A DNA stretch of 64,000 nt, taken from the NCBI GenBank assembly GCA_045047115.1, contig JASFYR010000010.1, positions 32,001 through 96,000 on the forward strand, in the 5' to 3' direction. The position numbers were made by a program, and so were the translations under genes. Positions 59,604 through 64,000 of this stretch are shown piece after piece. Origin of the DNA: Sulfurospirillum sp. GTDB lineage: Bacteria > Campylobacterota > Campylobacteria > Campylobacterales > Sulfurospirillaceae. Below the pieces are notes generated by a model. The model saw only the letters and a program-made list of their open reading frames with translations. It made no database searches and was not told the DNA's origin. Position 1 is the first letter of the stretch. Each line of letters begins with the position of its first letter.

Positions 59604-61517
59604 ATGAATATAAAAAAATACAAACTTTCCACAATGTTCTCCATCATGTTTGCTCTGGCTTTTATAATTATCTCTACAGTTTTTTACTATTTTAGCTACA
59701 CAAAACAAGCGACTTCCCTAAAAACAAATCTCAAATCTCAAGCCAGATCTATATTGGATTTTGCAGATGTTTTGCTTGACTCAAGAAATGAAAAGTTTTT
59801 CAGCGGAGAATCTTCCGAAGTCCCACAAATCATTCAAAATTCTGTATTTGATAAATTTACAAAAATCTCTGGCGGGAAAGTATTTTTCAAAGAAGCCTCA
59901 AAAAGTCCCACAAATGCAAAAAATCTTGCAACAAAATACGAAGCCTTGACGATAGACCAGTTTGCTGAAAATAGAAAATTAAAAGAGATAGCAAAGACAG
60001 TTAAAATTGAAGGCAAAGAGTACTATATGCTTTCAAGACCCATCATAGCCGAAAAAAGATGCAAGATGTGCCATCCAGCCTGGAAAAGCGGGGATGTCAT
60101 TGCGATAGAAGATGTAAAAATTGATATGAAAGATTTTTACAGTGCATTAAAAAACAGTTTGTTTATCACTATGCTAACAGGGCTTATAAACATAGTGATT
60201 ATTTTACTACTCATACAATTTATATTTAAAAGATATGTCTCAAACCGCATAAACAAACTACTTCAAGTTATCTTCAGGGTCGAAAAAGGTAACTTTGTCA
60301 TAGATGATCTACTGGAAAATGAATCTCTAAAACAAGGAAGTACCAACAATGAAATAGACAGACTCTTTAGACACTTGAAAAGAATGGTAAATGCCTTAAA
60401 ACCTGTCATCTCAAATGTCATAGAAGCAAGCAAACACATGGCCTTTCAATCAAGCTACAGCTATACAAAAATAGACGAAACAAACCAACAGGTACAACAT
60501 CAAAATGGGCTTCTTGTAAATTCAAAAGACTTGCTAAACAGTGCTTTAAATGAGAACAGTCAAATGAAGCAATCTCTTGATTCTTTACTGGATAGTTCAA
60601 GATTATCTCAAAAAATTGTTCAGCAAAGCAAAGAAGACATAGAAAATAATCTCAAAAAAGGTGAAGAAGCAGTTGAGTCAATGGACAATACATCACAAAC
60701 TATCAGTGATTTAAAGATATTTTCCAATGAAGTTTCAAAAATGACCAGTGTAATCACAGATATCGCAGACGAAACAAATCTCATTGCTTTAAATGCTGCG
60801 ATAGAAGCAGCTCGCGCAGGAGAACACGGAAGAAGCTTCTCTGTTGTAGCAGATAAAATCAGAGAACTTGCTGAAGTTTCGCTGAAGAATGCAAGTGATA
60901 TATCTATAGTTTTGAAAAAGATTGATCAAAAAATTGACAATGTATCAAAAAGTGCAGGAAACTCAAAAAATAGTGTTCTAAATCTTGTTGAAAACTCTCA
61001 ACAGATTAACAATAGTTTTGAAAAGATAAATGAAAGCTTCCGACTAATCTCCGATTCCTTACTAGAGTTTGACAGTGATTTTACAAAAGAATCAAAAATG
61101 CTTCGAGACACAGACAGCAACCTTAACGAAGTCAAAAAATCAAGTGCGGTATTGACAGATAATGCAGAAGAGACGAAAAAGATTATGGATTCTATATCGC
61201 ATAAAAGCGCACAGCTAAAAACACTTGCTGATGGATTTGAAGTTGTGCTTAACAACAGAACAGAAAAAAGAACCGTCCAAACGCCACCTTTAAAAGCAAA
61301 AGATGAAAAAGGCAGAGATGTTTTTGTCTTTGATTTATCTACAAATGGTGTATCTTTTTATTTTTTAAATACTCAAGATAGTCTAAACAAGGGTGAAAGA
61401 ATAACCCTGTATCTTCAAGATAAACACAAAAATAGTCAAATAATAAAATGCGAAATAATATACTTAAACAATAAAAACAGTGCAAATGTATATTTTTATG
61501 GCGCTAGAAAAATCTAA
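59604..61517 (+). CDS. Methyl-accepting chemotaxis protein with a periplasmic CxxCH (DUF3365-like) sensor and a C-terminal PilZ-like domain
   Basis: Two TM segments, [35 protein letters not shown], terminal RTEKR...DLSTNG. Confidence 0.9.
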   Translation: MNIKKYKLSTMFSIMFALAFIIISTVFYYFSYTKQATSLKTNLKSQARSILDFADVLLDSRNEKFFSGESSEVPQIIQNSVFDKFTKISGGKVFFKEASKSPTNAKNLATKYEALTIDQFAENRKLKEIAKTVKIEGKEYYMLSRPIIAEKRCKMCHPAWKSGDVIAIEDVKIDMKDFYSALKNSLFITMLTGLINIVIILLLIQFIFKRYVSNRINKLLQVIFRVEKGNFVIDDLLENESLKQGSTNNEIDRLFRHLKRMVNALKPVISNVIEASKHMAFQSSYSYTKIDETNQQVQHQNGLLVNSKDLLNSALNENSQMKQSLDSLLDSSRLSQKIVQQSKEDIENNLKKGEEAVESMDNTSQTISDLKIFSNEVSKMTSVITDIADETNLIALNAAIEAARAGEHGRSFSVVADKIRELAEVSLKNASDISIVLKKIDQKIDNVSKSAGNSKNSVLNLVENSQQINNSFEKINESFRLISDSLLEFDSDFTKESKMLRDTDSNLNEVKKSSAVLTDNAEETKKIMDSISHKSAQLKTLADGFEVVLNNRTEKRTVQTPPLKAKDEKGRDVFVFDLSTNGVSFYFLNTQDSLNKGERITLYLQDKHKNSQIIKCEIIYLNNKNSANVYFYGARKI

Positions 61518-63148
61518 TGGGGCAGTTTTATCGTAAACTCTGCTCCATTTTCTATATTTTGCACATCTATGCTGCCTTTAAATTTACTCTCTATAACCAA
61601 TCTTGACATATAAAGCCCTATGCCGGTTGATGGTGTTTTCTTTTTGCTTTTGAATGGTTTGAAGATATCATCTGCCGGTTCTATTTGAATACCGCCGGCA
61701 TTATCTGAAATCTTCAGAACAATATGAGTTTTTGTATCTTTCAAGAAAATAAGGACAGTTGGATTTTGGACTTGCCTGTTTCTGATAACATCTATCATAT
61801 TTTGCAAAATTGATAAGACAACATGAGCCAAAGAGTTTGAATTTCCAAAAATTGTAATCTTTGAATCTATCTCTTTTAGCAAATTTATTTGATTTAATTT
61901 CAACAAAGACTCTACAATTTTTAAAGCTTGATTTATAGAAATTATTGGATTAAAAGTACTATTTTGAGTTACCTTGTAAAAGTTTTGAAAATTTGTGATA
62001 GTATCAGACATAAACTGTATGATATCTTCATTTTTACTCACATCTTTTGCCAGTTCATTGTCTTTTAGTTTTTTTCTTATATACATGCAGTTAAAATTTA
62101 GCTCTGCCAAAGGTTGCCTCCATTGATGGGCGATGATAGCTATCATCTCACCAAGAGCTGCAAATTTTGCCTGTTGTTGAAGGAGTTGGTCTTTTAGCTT
62201 CTCTTTTGTAATATCCTGTACATTTGCCACTATCGCTATGGATTCATTTTCTCCGCTTGTCCCAAAAGAGATTCTGATTGGAAAAATATGTCCATTTTTA
62301 TTTACCGCCTCCATCTCTCCAACCTCACCGATTTTATCAAGATTTAACCTTTTGAGAAACTCTTTTACTCCATCATCATGTAAGATTTTATACTGCCTTG
62401 GGATTATCTTGTCAAATGCAGACTGATTGAGCATTTCTTCTTTGGTGTAGCCAAAAATTCTCTGTGCCATTTTATTGTAGGTTCGTATTCTCAAATCTCT
62501 ATCTAAAGTAATTATAGCATTTGTACTTGATTCTATGACAGCATTTGAGTAGTCTTTTTGTGCAGTCAAATCTTTTGTGTCTTGCTTTATCCTTCTATTT
62601 GCCGGCATAAAGATAAAAATAGCCTCAAAAAAAAGCGTAAAAAGCGTAAATATAAATATAAAAAACTCAACCTGCTTTAGTTTATCAGTATTGTTTCTTG
62701 CTTCCAAAAGATATAAATTTACAGCTTTATCTAAGTCTTTTAGCATTGCATTTGAGTGTTGCAAAAGATATGTCAGGCTCCTTCCATCACGAGAATTATC
62801 AAATCTTTTTGCATGAAACAGATAAGTCTGAACTTTTTTATCAAGCAAGACAGGTCTATGAAAATACAATTGCTTAAGCTCTTCTGACATATTAGCACTT
62901 ACAAGCTGTTTATGCGACTCTTCCATCTCTTTTATGATGGGCTCTAACTCTTTTATCTTATAATATATAGAATAAAACGCTATCTTTTGGGCAAATATCT
63001 TTTGACGGCTACTTAAGTTTATCATCTTGCCATTATCTGCTTGAGAAGCTATCAAATGGTCAAGATTAAAATATGCCAGTGTAGAAAGAAGCGCTATAAG
63101 AGAGAGAGCAAAAACATATCTCTTAGTGAAACTAATCGTCTTAATCAT
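61514..63148 (-). CDS. PAS domain sensor histidine kinase with a NarX/PilJ-like periplasmic domain
   Basis: INLSSRQK P-box-like segment, PAS ([11 protein letters not shown]), IAHQWRQP H-box, DNAGG and STGIGLY boxes. Confidence 0.92.
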   Translation of the reverse strand: MIKTISFTKRYVFALSLIALLSTLAYFNLDHLIASQADNGKMINLSSRQKIFAQKIAFYSIYYKIKELEPIIKEMEESHKQLVSANMSEELKQLYFHRPVLLDKKVQTYLFHAKRFDNSRDGRSLTYLLQHSNAMLKDLDKAVNLYLLEARNNTDKLKQVEFFIFIFTLFTLFFEAIFIFMPANRRIKQDTKDLTAQKDYSNAVIESSTNAIITLDRDLRIRTYNKMAQRIFGYTKEEMLNQSAFDKIIPRQYKILHDDGVKEFLKRLNLDKIGEVGEMEAVNKNGHIFPIRISFGTSGENESIAIVANVQDITKEKLKDQLLQQQAKFAALGEMIAIIAHQWRQPLAELNFNCMYIRKKLKDNELAKDVSKNEDIIQFMSDTITNFQNFYKVTQNSTFNPIISINQALKIVESLLKLNQINLLKEIDSKITIFGNSNSLAHVVLSILQNMIDVIRNRQVQNPTVLIFLKDTKTHIVLKISDNAGGIQIEPADDIFKPFKSKKKTPSTGIGLYMSRLVIESKFKGSIDVQNIENGAEFTIKLPH

Positions 63149-63204
63149 AAAAAATTCCTTAATAATTTTTATGTTATAATATTACCATACTAAAACAAAA
63201 GGTT

Positions 63205-63897
63205 ATGTTTATGGATGAAAAATATGAAATTCTTTTAAACAAAAGCTCTATCCTCTTGGCGGAAGATGAAGATAATGTAAGAGAGAGTTTCAAAAAAGTT
63301 CTTCTTCTATATGTAGATACCGTATATACGGCAAAAGACGGGGAAGTTGCTTACAATCTGTATAATAAACATCACCCAGATATAATTATAACAGATATAA
63401 AAATGCCAAAAATAAACGGCATAGAACTTATAAAAAAAATAAGGCCAAAAAACCCTGATATTCCGATTATTGTAACAAGTGCATACACGGATCAAGAGTT
63501 ACTGCTGGAGTCTATAAAACTCTCCTTAGTAGAATATGTCGTAAAACCGATCAAAGAAAAAGATCTAAACAGACTCTTAAAAGAGTGTGCACAAAAGCTT
63601 TATGAGAGTTCTGAAACTGTAGCAAGCATAGAGAAAGACAGTTCATATGATTTTGAAAATAAGATTTTCATACATAAAAACAAATCCATTCCTCTAACGC
63701 AAAAAGAGGTAGAATTTTTTGAATTGTTATTAGCCCACAAAGGTAATCTTGTTACCAAGCAAGACATAGAAGACAAGATATACATATACGAAGAGGCTCC
63801 TCCCTCAGCTCTTAAAAATCTAGTCTTCAAACTCCGAAAAAAGCTTGGCACAGACATAATAAAAACTGTCGGAAAACTCGGCTACACAATAGAATAA
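63205..63897 (+). CDS. OmpR-family response regulator
   Basis: LAEDE, ITDIKMP..NG, YVVKP and a winged-helix C-terminus; divergent from the kinase. Confidence 0.94.
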   Translation: MFMDEKYEILLNKSSILLAEDEDNVRESFKKVLLLYVDTVYTAKDGEVAYNLYNKHHPDIIITDIKMPKINGIELIKKIRPKNPDIPIIVTSAYTDQELLLESIKLSLVEYVVKPIKEKDLNRLLKECAQKLYESSETVASIEKDSSYDFENKIFIHKNKSIPLTQKEVEFFELLLAHKGNLVTKQDIEDKIYIYEEAPPSALKNLVFKLRKKLGTDIIKTVGKLGYTIE

Positions 63898-64000
63898 AAA
63901 AGAGGGGCTTCTTAGTTTCTTTTTGGTCTCTTTAACACTTTTTTAACGATAGCGACTCAAAAGAAACTCTACTTATAGTAAAATTCACCATAGACTATTA

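Overview
AT-rich chromosomal window, most consistent with a free-living Campylobacterota (epsilonproteobacterial) bacterium, inferred from gene order (uvrD-truB-csrA-ispE-smpB) and protein styles. About 60 CDS; no rRNA, tRNA, CRISPR array, prophage or transposase seen. The left half is mostly housekeeping (lnt, metK, clpSA-aat, smpB, ispE, csrA, truB, uvrD, pabBC, pyrB, bioD) with accessory insertions. The right half holds a MoxR/Bat cluster, two orphan RND permeases and a metal/redox region. The top candidate for an undescribed system is a tightly coupled 7-gene minus-strand operon (39534-50827): TonB-dependent receptor, DsbD_2-type membrane protein, two polytopic 4Fe-4S membrane proteins, a single-subunit double-cubane-type (DCCP/YjiM-like) reductase, its ATP-dependent activase and an RND permease. 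It is divergent from a response regulator, an OprC-like copper receptor and exbBD-tonB, and lies near two NosL genes with no nosZ in the window. Non-coding highlights: a candidate xanthine-I (NMT1) riboswitch before an adenine/adenosine deaminase-polX-bioD run, a 203-bp MITE-like element supplying the stop codons of both flanking genes, a metK leader built from repeated ATGGAAAAC units, a recurrent TTAACA-N5-TTAACA-N9-(-10) promoter layout, and CRP/FNR-like plus HAIR-like sites at a triple Hsp20 operon. All family calls come from motif recognition by eye; no database search was run.
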